A stretch of 64,000 bases of DNA from Salinispira sp. (GCA_965602015.1 OZ271918.1:2528001-2592000), one strand, 5' to 3'; shown: positions 1 through 10,409, counted from the stretch's first letter. Program-made: numbers and translations. The notes: generated from the sequence alone by a model not told the origin.

Positions 1-1162
1 GGTTAAAATCCAGGAATGATGCTGAGATCTTGGTCATGACGTGATTGATGCTCCTGGACTCGATGTCCATTTGGTGCATAGAAGATTCCAGGTCCTTGGC
101 GACCTCATTGGAGTTCTCCAGAATAGAGGTGATCTCAGAGGAAGCGGCCTCCATTTCGTCCATGCTTGCGGTGGTCTGACGACTAATATCCCGCAAATTA
201 TCAGTGCTTGCCTTGACGTCGTCGGCGTTGGCAGAAAGCTCGTCTGTTTGATCCTTGATATCTTCGAACGCGTGATTGATATCGCCGACGCCCTGTTCGA
301 TTTCAGAAAATGCCCGGCCGCTTTCACCACTCATTCGGCTCGCAGCGGTAATCTGCTCTACCAGGGCAGTAAGGGTTTCGTCGATGATCCGGGCGTTCTC
401 CGCGGTGGACTCAGCGAGCTTTCGAATTTCCTCTGCCACCACTGCAAATCCGCGGCCCGCATCTCCCGCATGGGCAGCTTCAATTGCCGCGTTCATGGAG
501 AGCAGATTGGTAGTCGATGCAATGTCATTTATGACCGTAATGAGGTCCATGACGTCCTGTACCTTTTTCTGAATCGAGCTTATTTCCGCATCTGTTTCGG
601 CGATCTTGTCGCTTCCGAGGGCAGTCGTCTGAACCAGTTGGCGGATGTTTTCTACCCGGGCGGAGGCGATATCGGCGATGTGGCGGATCCGGTTGTTGAT
701 ATCGGTAAATGCCTCGCCTGCGGACTGAATGGTGCCGTCCTGTATTCTGAGCTGATCTTTTAGACTGCCGATTGTCGCATGAATTTCCTCAACGGCAGCG
801 GATCCCGTACTCACCTCCGCCGCCAGGCGGTTCGCCACATCCAAATTGGTATGGCTCGTAAGGGAGATGTTCGCTCCGGAAGACAGTGCTTTCTGAATAT
901 TTCGGGAGAGCCGGGTACTCGAGCGTTCGCTCTGCTGAACGATGAGTTGGTTAGAGCGGAAATAGTCGCGCACCGTGGTCAAAACCCTGGTTAGCGGGGA
1001 AGATTGGGATAATTCCCTCCGGTCTTCGGGTAGGGCGCCGCTACTGGTAAAATCATCCAGCACCCGGGCATCATCGGAAGCCGAGTTTTTTCTTACCAGC
1101 AATACAATGACAAGAGCTTCGATTAAGGCGACGGCAATAAACAATGCGGCGATAATTCCCAT
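1..1162 (-). CDS. Methyl-accepting chemotaxis protein, 3' end outside window
   Basis: Read by hand on minus strand: N-terminal TM ([23 protein letters not shown]) and MCP hairpin signature [41 protein letters not shown]; no stop seen before the window edge. Confidence 0.9.
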   Translation of the reverse strand, partial: MGIIAALFIAVALIEALVIVLLVRKNSASDDARVLDDFTSSGALPEDRRELSQSSPLTRVLTTVRDYFRSNQLIVQQSERSSTRLSRNIQKALSSGANISLTSHTNLDVANRLAAEVSTGSAAVEEIHATIGSLKDQLRIQDGTIQSAGEAFTDINNRIRHIADIASARVENIRQLVQTTALGSDKIAETDAEISSIQKKVQDVMDLITVINDIASTTNLLSMNAAIEAAHAGDAGRGFAVVAEEIRKLAESTAENARIIDETLTALVEQITAASRMSGESGRAFSEIEQGVGDINHAFEDIKDQTDELSANADDVKASTDNLRDISRQTTASMDEMEAASSEITSILENSNEVAKDLESSMHQMDIESRSINHVMTKISASFLDFN

Positions 1163-1219
1163 AAGGCTTCCTGAAATCGTTTTTTTTAATAATTCATCAC
1201 GTACAGCCTTTTTTCAAGT

Positions 1220-2977
1220 TCAAATATCTCCACTTTCAACCTCAATGATAAGCATAACAGGGTCGGAAATCAGATGCCTCGTTGTGCCGTACATTAGGGA
1301 ATCGAGGTTTACTCCATCGGGCGAGCGAAGGGCAAATGTAATTTTTATTCCGTTGGCCAGAACCAGGGAGATTGTAGCGCTCGCCCGAAGCTCGGTTTCA
1401 TAGATGGACGGTAAAAAGCCCGACCCCATGCTTCCTGCCGCATCGGCATGGGTTTTCATGCCAAGACCGAACGACAGCGGATGGCAACGGCCGGAGAACA
1501 TAAGTGAGACGTCCGATAGCCAGGGGGCCGGAGTTTTCCTGATCCTGACTCCAAGTGAAGCCCGAAGCGGCGGAGGAGAAAACCTGAGCTGAGTAAGAAG
1601 GTAAAACCGGGGGGCGGCGGGTTGCCGTAGGAGCTCCTCGACGCTCTGGACCTCGCATTGAACTAACCAGGCTCCCAGCGGCAGATCTGCCTGTATATTC
1701 GAGGAAAAAGCGGGTGAGCGGCCGTCGCCGAGCTCCCAGTCACAGCTGCCGCCAAGGGAAGCCTCACCGGCCCCTGTGATCATGGCATGTACTGTGCAAT
1801 CTCCTTCTGGCGGGAGGGTTTCGAGCATGCCCTCTGCTGCCGTCCAGCTCGCATATTCTGACATGATGCGGCGGTAATGTGCAGATAACTGTATCCCCGA
1901 CGGAAGCAGCGGGCCGCGGGCCCGGGGCAGCTGGAGACTGAGGCGGTATCCTGCCCGGATGCTCCAGGGGAAGTCCTCCGGCCGATCGGCATACCATTGG
2001 GGGCCTCCGTCAAACAGGTATGCCCTCCGCGAGAGGCCGAGAGCGAGGTAGAATTCATCCCGGGCGAAGACCTGCGGTCCGCTCTGACCCTCACTCCCCA
2101 CTCGTAAAACCAATGCGCTTTGAAGCAGCGCCCCGGAAACCGCGGTTTCCCCGAAGCTGCTATGGACCTCCGCCTCCGGGTCGTCGAGCTCCGGTTCTTC
2201 AAACTCCGGTTCTTCAAACTCCGGTTCTTCAAACTCCGGTTCTGCAAGCGCCGGTTTTGCAAGCTCCGGATCCGCGACAGGGTAACGGGGTTTTACAAGG
2301 ACGGGATCAAAGCCAAGGAAGAGAGTCCCCAGGCCGAGGGTTAACCCCTGCTCGACCGAAGCAAATACAATGCTTGCAAAAGCGACCGGGGAAACAATCC
2401 CGTGACTTTCCTCCTCCGGTTCCCCGCCCGGGAGCGGGCTGCCGGGCACCATGGCGGCCAGCGAAACCTCCAGCCCCCGTTCCAGGTTCCCGGCTGAAAT
2501 CTGGCACCCCGGATGTACCAACTCATCTGACCACAGGGGAAGCCTGAGAAAATCGCCGGGGGCCTCAACGGCCGCCATGTTCCCCGACAGGGGCCGGCGA
2601 AGCAGATTCGCTCCGTAATCGAGGGCAAGCATTCCTGCCCGAACCCTTAGTATGGGGTCATCATGGTTGCCCTGATAAATACCGTCATTTCTAATAGACC
2701 CGATTATGCCCCCCTCAACCGCAGGGTAGGCAACAGGCGTCTGAGCGCTGCGTGAGGACACCAGCAATCTCAGGTCAAACAGCGGATTATGGAGCTGAGA
2801 GAACCAGCGAAGGTCCCCGGCGCTATCCAGCCTGCTTCTAATGCCGCTGGAGAGCCCCAAACACTCGTTTTGGGATGAACTCAGGTGATCTTGGGCACTC
2901 AGAGCACATGGAGCGATAACACTCAGGAGCGCCGCAAAAACTAATGTTGGCCCCACAAAAAAAACGCGGTGTTTCAT
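1220..2977 (-). CDS. Hypothetical exported protein with acidic PEFEE pentapeptide repeats
   Basis: 585-aa ORF with signal-peptide-like N-terminus, co-oriented between DJ-1 gene and MCP; no family recognised. Confidence 0.6.
   Translation of the reverse strand: MKHRVFFVGPTLVFAALLSVIAPCALSAQDHLSSSQNECLGLSSGIRSRLDSAGDLRWFSQLHNPLFDLRLLVSSRSAQTPVAYPAVEGGIIGSIRNDGIYQGNHDDPILRVRAGMLALDYGANLLRRPLSGNMAAVEAPGDFLRLPLWSDELVHPGCQISAGNLERGLEVSLAAMVPGSPLPGGEPEEESHGIVSPVAFASIVFASVEQGLTLGLGTLFLGFDPVLVKPRYPVADPELAKPALAEPEFEEPEFEEPEFEEPELDDPEAEVHSSFGETAVSGALLQSALVLRVGSEGQSGPQVFARDEFYLALGLSRRAYLFDGGPQWYADRPEDFPWSIRAGYRLSLQLPRARGPLLPSGIQLSAHYRRIMSEYASWTAAEGMLETLPPEGDCTVHAMITGAGEASLGGSCDWELGDGRSPAFSSNIQADLPLGAWLVQCEVQSVEELLRQPAAPRFYLLTQLRFSPPPLRASLGVRIRKTPAPWLSDVSLMFSGRCHPLSFGLGMKTHADAAGSMGSGFLPSIYETELRASATISLVLANGIKITFALRSPDGVNLDSLMYGTTRHLISDPVMLIIEVESGDI
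2176..2265. repeat. 15-bp in-frame tandem repeat, 6 units
   Basis: CCGGTTCTTCAAACT exact at 2191, 2206, 2221 plus degenerate units at 2176, 2236, 2251. Confidence 0.95.
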
Positions 2978-3048
2978 ACGTACAACACCGCAGTTTAGGC
3001 CAAAATGCTTTAGATCACGTAAAAAAGGCGCTTGGCTCCCGAAAAACC

Positions 3049-3621
3049 TTATTTTTGAAGAGTGCTTCGATGGACCCTGTCCGCCGCCTCGTCGCCGGCC
3101 AGCTGACGGATTACTTCCACGGCGAACTCTGCGGCGCTTCCGGCTCCGATGGATGTAATGAGCTTCCCGTCCACCATTACCCGGTCATGAACATGCTCGC
3201 CCTGGCCGGCCTGTTTCTCGAATCCCGGGTAACAGGTGAATTTTTTGCCCTCGAGCAACCCGGCGCCTCCGGCGCCCAGGACGACTGCAGGCGCTGCGCA
3301 AATTGCGCAAATATGGGCTCCGCCCGCATGACCTTTCTTTAAAAGCGAAAGCAGATCCTTGTCTGCAGCCAGGTTGCTGGCACCGGGCATTCCCCCTGGA
3401 AGTACGAGGGCATCATACTCGCCGTCGAGCAGATGGAGATCTTTCATAAGCATGTCCGCCACAACCGTAACGCCGTGACCGGCGGTAATCTGCTTGCTGT
3501 CCCCGCTGCCCACTGCCACGGTCCGTACTTCGACCCCCGCCCTTCTGAGAAAGTCCACGGGAGTCAGTGCCTCGACTTCTTCGAAACCCTCGGCCAAAAA
3601 AACGAATGCTTTTGCGCTCAT
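3049..3621 (-). CDS. DJ-1/ThiJ/PfpI family protein (YajL-like)
   Basis: GFEEVEA, LPGGMPG, AICAAP (nucleophile Cys), TCYPG motifs. Confidence 0.92.
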   Translation of the reverse strand: MSAKAFVFLAEGFEEVEALTPVDFLRRAGVEVRTVAVGSGDSKQITAGHGVTVVADMLMKDLHLLDGEYDALVLPGGMPGASNLAADKDLLSLLKKGHAGGAHICAICAAPAVVLGAGGAGLLEGKKFTCYPGFEKQAGQGEHVHDRVMVDGKLITSIGAGSAAEFAVEVIRQLAGDEAADRVHRSTLQK

Positions 3622-3654
3622 GTGGTTCTCCTCTGTGTCTGTTTGATATTTGGC

Positions 3655-3687
3655 AAAAAAACGGCCTCCCGGCTGTCGGGAGGCCGT
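3655..3687 (-). terminator. Intrinsic terminator after large OmpA gene
   Basis: ACGGCCTCCCG-loop-CGGGAGGCCGT followed by T-run on minus strand. Confidence 0.75.
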
Positions 3688-3693
3688 AAATCA

Positions 3694-6600
3694 TCAGCGC
3701 TCGAGTATGAATTCTACCCGCCGGTTCTTCCAGCGGTTTTCAAGATCGCTATGCGGCACCACAGGTTCGGCGCCGCCGAGGCCCATGATGCTCATCCGCT
3801 GCCAGTCCACGCCGAGAATGGCCAGAGCCTGGCGCACCTCGTTAGCCCGGTTCCGGCTCAAAGGAATTAACACGTTGGTCTGCTCGCGCCGGGCGGCCTG
3901 TCCGCTGAGAAGCTGTACCGCATGACCCTCGACGGTGATGGAATACTCACCGAACTTGTTGAGAATATCCGCAAGCCTTCGGAGGGTCTGGAAATTCCGG
4001 TCCTGTTCTTCCCTGCTTACCCCGAAAAGGTCGGCGGTATTGCCGGCGAAGTATATGCTGGGAACATTGATTCTGAACTGGTCTCCGTCGGCAATGACCA
4101 GGATATCGATGGTGACCACGTCTGTGGCTATGCCCCGGTTGCGAAGATTGTCTTCCAGGGTGAATACCACGGTGTAATCCGCCGCCGACTGAACCAGTTC
4201 GCCGTTATCGGCCAAACCGTCCCACTCAAGGGTTTCGGGAGGCAGTCCTTCCCCGGACCAGTTCCGGAACGTATTGCCCCGGGGGTCGAGGATTTCCACC
4301 TCCCAGCCGGTGATGGGCCGGTCGGCAGCCCGGGCATCCAGGCCGATGGTCAGGCTGTCATTCTGACCGTCTCCGTCGGGACTGAAGGGAGTATCGTTTA
4401 TGTTTACGAAGCCCTGGGGAGGATTGGTCACCAGAATGACCGTATTGTCGGCCTCACGTTCGGTGAAATTTCCGTTTCGGTACTCTACAAAAAAGGAAAC
4501 GCTGTACTCGCCGTCTTCCACGGTGCGGGCGTCGTTTTCTCCCTCCCAAAAGATCTGCTCCGGAAGATTGCTGCCCCCCTGGAAAGTTTTGGTGATGAGT
4601 CCGTCGAGATTTTCAATCTTGATCTCCCAGGCCCTGAGGTTTTCCGGTATGGCCACCGAGGGAATGAGGGTGACAAAGTCGCGGTACCCGTCTCCGTTGG
4701 GGCTAAATACCTCCTGGTCGGCGACGATGCTGATGGTCGCGCTCAGGTTGTCAATTCGCAGATTTACCAGACTGGCCGAGCCGATGTTTCCGAAACGGTT
4801 TTGCGAACGGATCGTGTATGTGTAGAAGCCGTCGGGAAGCACTTCTCCGTCATCTCCCGTACCGTCCCACACGAAGTCCTCAACCTGTCCTTCCCAGGTC
4901 AGGGTGCGAACCGCCTCATCCTGTTCGTTGACAAAAACCCCGGTCCACAGTTCCTGTTCGCTCGAACTCTGGCTGATGGCAATTGTGTCCCGGTCGCCGT
5001 CGCCGTTGGGGGTGAACAGTCTGCGGTCCACCGTCACGTCCACTTCGGGCCTCGATCGGCCGACGAGAATCGATTCTTCACTGGCGGCAAAGGGGTTATC
5101 CCCGTTGAGATACATGATATTGAGCTCGACCCGATAGCTGCCATCGGGCACCGGCGTATTGTTGTTTCGCACTCCGGCCCATTCAATGTAGTCGATTGCC
5201 TGACGGACCTGACGGCTGAAATATGGCCGTCCGTCTTCCTCATTGACTACGGTGAGAATAAAATACTCGATGCCTTCGGTTACCGGTACCACTGGGGTGA
5301 TGCGGACCACTTCCAAGCCCTCGTCGCCTCCCGGAGCGAGAATGGTACCGGAAAGTTCGATGGAAGTCGCCGCCCGGCTTTGGGTGTCCTTGATAAAGCG
5401 GGCCACATTGCTGGTTCCCGTATTGCCCGCCTGGTCGCTGCCCTGCAGGAAGAGCTGATAGTTTCCGTCGGGAAGTTCCTGACCGCTGACCGGATCGACG
5501 CCGTCCCAGTTAAAGGGAAAGCTTACACCGAGATCGAGAATGTCCTGAAGCGGTACCACGAGCTCGCTTTCGCTTTCATCGATGAGCACCATGTCCCAAT
5601 CGATTCCCTCTTCGTATTCCGCCGTGAAGCGGATAAAGGGCTTGGCCTCTCCTCCGAAATATATGGGGTTGCCCAACTCCCGCCCTTCGGGAGCCGAGTC
5701 CGCAGTGAGAAATGCGACGGGCGCGGTGCTGTCAATGACAACCGGAACGGTTTCCGAGCGGGACAGGTTACCGTTGCTGTAGGTCGCTGAGAAAACAGCG
5801 GCGTATTCCCCGTCTTCGAGAAATACCGAAGCGGAGGTCGGTCTGCCGGGGTTTCCCCTGCCGTCGAAGACAATGCTCTGAGGCAGGTCATCGGCGCCGC
5901 CCTGGAAACGGCGGTAGACGATACCCTCGATGTCTTCAATTTCGAGCTCCCAGCTGTCGAGCCCTTCTGTTTCATTCACCGAAATGAGAAATTCCATGCT
6001 TTCACGCTGGAATCTGCTGAAAAAATTATTGCCGCCGGCGACATTCATCTCGATGTTTGCCGGCTGATAGCTGAGGATGATGTCCAGGCCTTGCTCCACC
6101 CGGTTTCCCGCCCGGTCGACGCCGGCGAGGGCGAAGCCGTAATCCCCCTCGGCCTGCAAAGTTCCGGACTCGTCGGTGCCGTCCCACGAAAAAGACGCGG
6201 GAGCCAGAACATCGCTGGCGGACGTGTCGCCCTGGGCCTCGCGGGTCTGGGTAACGATGGTGTTGCCCGATGCGTCCCGAACTTCGAGGGTCCAGATTCG
6301 GGCCGGTCCGGTTTGGACGTCGAAGGTCACCACGTCCCGTTTGCCGTCGTCATTTGGGGAAAAAATCCCGAAATCAAACTCCAAGCCGACGATTTCCGGC
6401 TCGACGGTATCGACCACCACAGATAGCGGTGCGGTGTTTCCCCGTTGATTAAAATTATCACGGACGTAGAGCTGATAAAAATACTCGCCGTCGGGAACGA
6501 TGTCCCCGTCGGAGTTTCGGCCGTCCCACACCATTGACTCGGGAACCGTCACCGAGGGTCTTTCGCCTACCCCGAGCGTCTGGGCGATGATGTTTCGTTC

Positions 6601-6876
6601 CTCCAGATCCTCCTCGACGACGCTATAAATAACCTCTCCCCGTTTGTTAAAAATACGGAGTTCATAGCGCTCAATGCGGGCGTTGCCCCCGATGCTTAAT
6701 TCGATATTTTGAATCTGAAGCACATCGCTGCCGGTTTCGGGATTACCCGGGCTGATGTACTGGGGACTCTGGCTCAGAAAAATGTCCGTATCCTGTTCCG
6801 GACGGCCACCGGCAAACAGCACCGACGGCAGAACCATTGCCACAATCAGCAATACATACAATGTTCGTCTGTTCAT
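3694..6876 (-). CDS. Exported protein with tandem FlgD-Ig-like (FSPNGDG/WDG) repeats and C-terminal OmpA peptidoglycan-binding domain
   Basis: Signal peptide; repeated FSPxGDG..D, WDG, DGxY motifs; OmpA C-terminus VEGH...LSRNRA...NRRVEF. Confidence 0.9.
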   Translation of the reverse strand: MNRRTLYVLLIVAMVLPSVLFAGGRPEQDTDIFLSQSPQYISPGNPETGSDVLQIQNIELSIGGNARIERYELRIFNKRGEVIYSVVEEDLEERNIIAQTLGVGERPSVTVPESMVWDGRNSDGDIVPDGEYFYQLYVRDNFNQRGNTAPLSVVVDTVEPEIVGLEFDFGIFSPNDDGKRDVVTFDVQTGPARIWTLEVRDASGNTIVTQTREAQGDTSASDVLAPASFSWDGTDESGTLQAEGDYGFALAGVDRAGNRVEQGLDIILSYQPANIEMNVAGGNNFFSRFQRESMEFLISVNETEGLDSWELEIEDIEGIVYRRFQGGADDLPQSIVFDGRGNPGRPTSASVFLEDGEYAAVFSATYSNGNLSRSETVPVVIDSTAPVAFLTADSAPEGRELGNPIYFGGEAKPFIRFTAEYEEGIDWDMVLIDESESELVVPLQDILDLGVSFPFNWDGVDPVSGQELPDGNYQLFLQGSDQAGNTGTSNVARFIKDTQSRAATSIELSGTILAPGGDEGLEVVRITPVVPVTEGIEYFILTVVNEEDGRPYFSRQVRQAIDYIEWAGVRNNNTPVPDGSYRVELNIMYLNGDNPFAASEESILVGRSRPEVDVTVDRRLFTPNGDGDRDTIAISQSSSEQELWTGVFVNEQDEAVRTLTWEGQVEDFVWDGTGDDGEVLPDGFYTYTIRSQNRFGNIGSASLVNLRIDNLSATISIVADQEVFSPNGDGYRDFVTLIPSVAIPENLRAWEIKIENLDGLITKTFQGGSNLPEQIFWEGENDARTVEDGEYSVSFFVEYRNGNFTEREADNTVILVTNPPQGFVNINDTPFSPDGDGQNDSLTIGLDARAADRPITGWEVEILDPRGNTFRNWSGEGLPPETLEWDGLADNGELVQSAADYTVVFTLEDNLRNRGIATDVVTIDILVIADGDQFRINVPSIYFAGNTADLFGVSREEQDRNFQTLRRLADILNKFGEYSITVEGHAVQLLSGQAARREQTNVLIPLSRNRANEVRQALAILGVDWQRMSIMGLGGAEPVVPHSDLENRWKNRRVEFILER

Positions 6877-7018
6877 ATGGAACTCCTGTCTCCTTACTTC
6901 GGCCTATCGGCCTCACAAAATGTCTAGAAATTCGGAGATAATTCGCAAAATCTCCTGTTCCCCCACTCCTGATAGTATACGTCATTAACTGTTAGGAGGT
7001 AAGCCGAAATTCGCGCCT

Positions 7019-8278
7019 TCAGCCCGATCGGGAAAGAAGGGAAATGTCATAACTCCCCGGTTGCTGATAAATGCGCAGATCGAATTCCGGCGCAACCGCC
7101 AGCAGATGGTCGAAGATATCCGCCTGAATGCTCTCATACAGCGCCCAGGCGGTTTGCCTGCTAAACACATAAATTTCGATGGGCAGACCGGTGGGTCCGG
7201 GAGGAAGCTGCCGTATGAGAAAGGTCATTTCATCGCTGATTTGCGGGTGGGCGCTGAGGTAGGCGGCGATGTACGCCCGGAAGGTACCGACATTGGTGAG
7301 CCGGCGGGCATCCGCCCTCCCTCCCTTGGGGTTTTCGCCCCGTTCTTCGGCAATGTCTTTTCGCCTTTCCTGAAGGTAGGCGCTGATAAGCGGCATGTTC
7401 TGAAGGTCATCCAGCTCTTCTTCCCCCAGAAATTTTATGGTGTTGATATCGATTGAAAGGGAGCGTTTGATGCGCCGCCCCCCGGCCTCCGCCATACCTC
7501 GCCAGTTTTTGAAACTGGAGCTGGTCAGGGCGTAGATGGGGAAGGTCACCATTGTTTTGTCGAAGTTCTGTACTTTCACGGTTTGCAGGGTTATGTCCAC
7601 CACATCGCCGTCGGCGCCGAACTGCGGCACTTCGATCCAGTCACCGATCCGGATCAGATTATTGGCAGTCAGCTGGATGGATGAAACCAGGCCGAGAATG
7701 GAATCCCGGAACACCAGCATGATCACCGCAGACAAGGCGCCGATTCCCGACAAAAGCCCAAGAGGCGACCGGTTTAGAAGGGTCGTGACCATCAGGGCGA
7801 GGCCAACGGCATAGAGCACAATCTTTCCAACCTGGATGTAGCCCTTAATCGGCCTGTCGCGGGATATCTCATAGCTTTGATAAATATCCTGCACCGCACC
7901 CAGGAAAGAATCGATGACCAGAATCGTCACGCCAACCATATAGGTCAAAATGCCCCGCTGAAAAAATACCAGAAAATCTCCGGCCTCGGGAAAGATCAGC
8001 GGGAGCAGAAAATACAGAACCAGAGCCGGTGCAAAATGGGCCAGATTGCGGAAGACCCCTCGCCGGACAATTTTATCGTCCCAGCTGCCGGCCGTGCGCT
8101 CTGCGAGATCGGTGAGAAGCCGCAAAAGCAGTTTTTTCGTAACCAAGTCGGCAATCCAGCTCAGCAACAGCGCCACAGCCAGAAAAATGCCCCGGCTAAT
8201 CACCGCAATCGTGCCGGGATTCTCAAAGCCCAGACCCCGCAAAAAATCCATCATCAGCTCGTTTACATTCATTGCCAC
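7019..8278 (-). CDS. MscS-family mechanosensitive channel (YbdG/MscM-like)
   Basis: IGDWIEVP..GADGDV, FKNWRGM..GGRRIKRS, TNVGTFRAY, GLPIEIY motifs; multiple TMs. Confidence 0.9.
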   Translation of the reverse strand: MAMNVNELMMDFLRGLGFENPGTIAVISRGIFLAVALLLSWIADLVTKKLLLRLLTDLAERTAGSWDDKIVRRGVFRNLAHFAPALVLYFLLPLIFPEAGDFLVFFQRGILTYMVGVTILVIDSFLGAVQDIYQSYEISRDRPIKGYIQVGKIVLYAVGLALMVTTLLNRSPLGLLSGIGALSAVIMLVFRDSILGLVSSIQLTANNLIRIGDWIEVPQFGADGDVVDITLQTVKVQNFDKTMVTFPIYALTSSSFKNWRGMAEAGGRRIKRSLSIDINTIKFLGEEELDDLQNMPLISAYLQERRKDIAEERGENPKGGRADARRLTNVGTFRAYIAAYLSAHPQISDEMTFLIRQLPPGPTGLPIEIYVFSRQTAWALYESIQADIFDHLLAVAPEFDLRIYQQPGSYDISLLSRSG

Positions 8279-8651
8279 TCCTTAATCATGGGGACTTCCC
8301 AGCATACGGGATGGGAGATGGGGAATCAATGCAGGGCACGCAGGCGGCGTCCACCGCCGGATGTTGCGCAAAAGTCCAGTTTTTACCAAGCTTCGGGGCA
8401 CTGCATAAGCTACAGACAAAACCTTGTTTCCCGGTGCACGGGGCTCTATAATCATAATGATGGGACTGATAAAAATCAGGTGAATGCTGCCCTGCTGACT
8501 GTATGGAAAAGCAAAGGCTTTCACCTGGAAGTCATCCTTTAAGTCCGATGCGAACATGAACTTCTTTTGGATATCAGCTGAACTTCGCATTTCACATTGT
8601 ATGCATGCCTGGCAGTGTGCTGGCGTGGAACTATACCCTTAGGAGAAGGCT

Positions 8652-9899
8652 ATGATTGCAAAGACTCAAAGATTGTACGGCGGATTTATCATCCTGATTT
8701 TGCTGGTGATGAGCATTACATCCTGCGAGCTTCTGGGATTATTTCAGGGGGATGAAGATGAAGTTCCCCCGGAAATTGTCATTTGGACAATGGAGTCCGA
8801 GATCGATTTCACCTGGATGAGAGAAAAAATTGAGTCGGAACTCTCTTCTCAAGAGGGTCTTACCGTCAGTTTCGAATACTACACTCCCGATCAAATAGTT
8901 CCCGCATATGAATCTGCCATTCAGGAAGGATCGGGGTTACCAGACATTGTGTTCACCGTAGCAGATCACATGGAAACCCTGGTTCTCACCGACACTCTCA
9001 TGACGACAACGGATCTTTTTCGCCCCGCAGACCTCGTTGAGTTTCCCACTTATGGAGGCGACTACTGGGCCTTGCCGATAACCAGCGGCAACCATCTAAT
9101 GCTGTATTACAACAAGTCACTCATTTCCATGACTGACGTTCCCCAAAACACAGATGAGCTGCTTGCCCTGGACCCCTTGAGCATGCCGGCTGGTGTGGAA
9201 TACTGGATTCAGTCGAACTGGACCGAGCCATTTTTTACTGTTCCCTTTTACCTCGGTTACGACGGAAGCATTTTCGCCGCCAACGGCCGAACCGTAAGCT
9301 TCGATATTACCGCAATGGCTAACACACTCGAGATAGTGCAGGCAATGTTTGATGCGGGAGTATCCACCTACGTGGACGGCAATGGAGATCCTGCAAATTA
9401 CGGTTTCATGGACAGCGGCTTCAAGAACGGAAGCATAGCGATGATAATAAACGGGGACTGGGCCCTTGGTGAATACCACAGCGTACTCGGCGATGACCTG
9501 GGTATAGCGAACATACCCACCATCAGCGGAGCCGGCGATCCCAGTCCGTTTACTTCACCAAAATTCTTGTTTCTCACGGAGAACAGCAATGCTGTTGAAG
9601 CATCGATTATCAGCGCTGTTGCTGAGCACCTCATAAGCTACCCGGTTCAGGCGGACATGGCAGCGGGCTGGGGTCGACTACCGGCACTGGTGACCGCCGC
9701 AAATGACATTACCGACCCCTTTCTGCAGGCATCGGCCCAGCAGATGCTCCTGGGTACCCCGATGCCCACAAATGTTGAGTTGTCCATATTTTGGGACGCG
9801 TTCAAACCCAATCAGAATGATTTTTTTGCCGGCGGGGTTTTTACCGATGCCACAGAAGCCGCTCAGGCAATGCAGGCTGCCGCCGATCTGGAACAGTAG
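8652..9899 (+). CDS. Sugar ABC transporter substrate-binding lipoprotein (maltose/maltodextrin-binding-like), orphan
   Basis: RBS AGGAG, lipobox ITSC, YYNK, F..G..AMIINGDW, PMP motifs; no permease genes adjacent. Confidence 0.85.
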   Translation: MIAKTQRLYGGFIILILLVMSITSCELLGLFQGDEDEVPPEIVIWTMESEIDFTWMREKIESELSSQEGLTVSFEYYTPDQIVPAYESAIQEGSGLPDIVFTVADHMETLVLTDTLMTTTDLFRPADLVEFPTYGGDYWALPITSGNHLMLYYNKSLISMTDVPQNTDELLALDPLSMPAGVEYWIQSNWTEPFFTVPFYLGYDGSIFAANGRTVSFDITAMANTLEIVQAMFDAGVSTYVDGNGDPANYGFMDSGFKNGSIAMIINGDWALGEYHSVLGDDLGIANIPTISGAGDPSPFTSPKFLFLTENSNAVEASIISAVAEHLISYPVQADMAAGWGRLPALVTAANDITDPFLQASAQQMLLGTPMPTNVELSIFWDAFKPNQNDFFAGGVFTDATEAAQAMQAAADLEQ

Positions 9900-9915
9900 C
9901 ACAAATGTTGGCAGG

Positions 9916-9949
9916 GTGGTCATTTGTCAAAAATGACTACCCTGTCCTT
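9916..9949 (+). terminator. Hairpin after SBP gene
   Basis: GCAGGGTGGTCATTT...AAATGACTACCCTGT inverted repeat; no clear U-tract. Confidence 0.45.
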
Positions 9950-9963
9950 ACATTGGTCTGCCA

Positions 9964-10365
9964 ATGAAAACCCTACTCATAATAGATGCAGCAATTAATC
10001 TTTTTCTGGGAGTTGTGCTCCTTGTTTTTACTCCGGTCCTGCAAGGATTTTTCGGCTTGCCGCCTTCCTCAACCTCGTTCTACCCGAATATTCTCGGTGC
10101 AGTGTTCATCGGCATTGCCCTTGCCCTGCTCATCGGATCGGGCGTCCGTCAGGCAAACGGTTCTTGGGGATTAGGTCTTCTCGGCGCGATAAGCATAAAT
10201 TTATGCGGCGGGGCTGCCCTGGGATTGTGGCTCATATTCGGGAATCTCGACATTCCCACCCGTGGGTATGTTGTTCTCTGGTCGCTATTCTCGGTGCTTG
10301 TGGGGATCAGCGTCTTCGAAGCCTTGAGCCAGCTTGCCCTACGGCGCAAAAACCGAGTCTCCTGA
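9964..10365 (+). CDS. Small 4-TM hypothetical membrane protein
   Basis: 133 aa, four hydrophobic segments; stop codon lies inside an IS-end-like sequence. Confidence 0.8.
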   Translation: MKTLLIIDAAINLFLGVVLLVFTPVLQGFFGLPPSSTSFYPNILGAVFIGIALALLIGSGVRQANGSWGLGLLGAISINLCGGAALGLWLIFGNLDIPTRGYVVLWSLFSVLVGISVFEALSQLALRRKNRVS

Positions 10366-10396
10366 GGGGCGGAAAATCAGCTGTTTTGGGGGCACT
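10361..10396 (+). mobile_element. Orphan right end of the IS at 28217-29468
   Basis: CCTGAGGGGCGGAAAATCAGCTGTTTTGGGGGCACT matches 29433-29468 at 34/36 positions. Confidence 0.85.
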
Positions 10397-10409
10397 CACA
10401 AAAACAACC

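Noticed and set aside
41..763. 240-aa plus-strand ORF
   Set aside because: Antisense shadow of the MCP on the minus strand
3922..5790. 622-aa plus-strand ORF (also 19993-20994 and 45375-47183)
   Set aside because: Shadow ORFs opposite well-supported genes; no motifs; expected in GC-rich DNA
8282..8590. 102-aa minus-strand ORF in the mscS/SBP intergenic region
   Set aside because: No RBS or recognisable motif; overlaps probable promoter sequence
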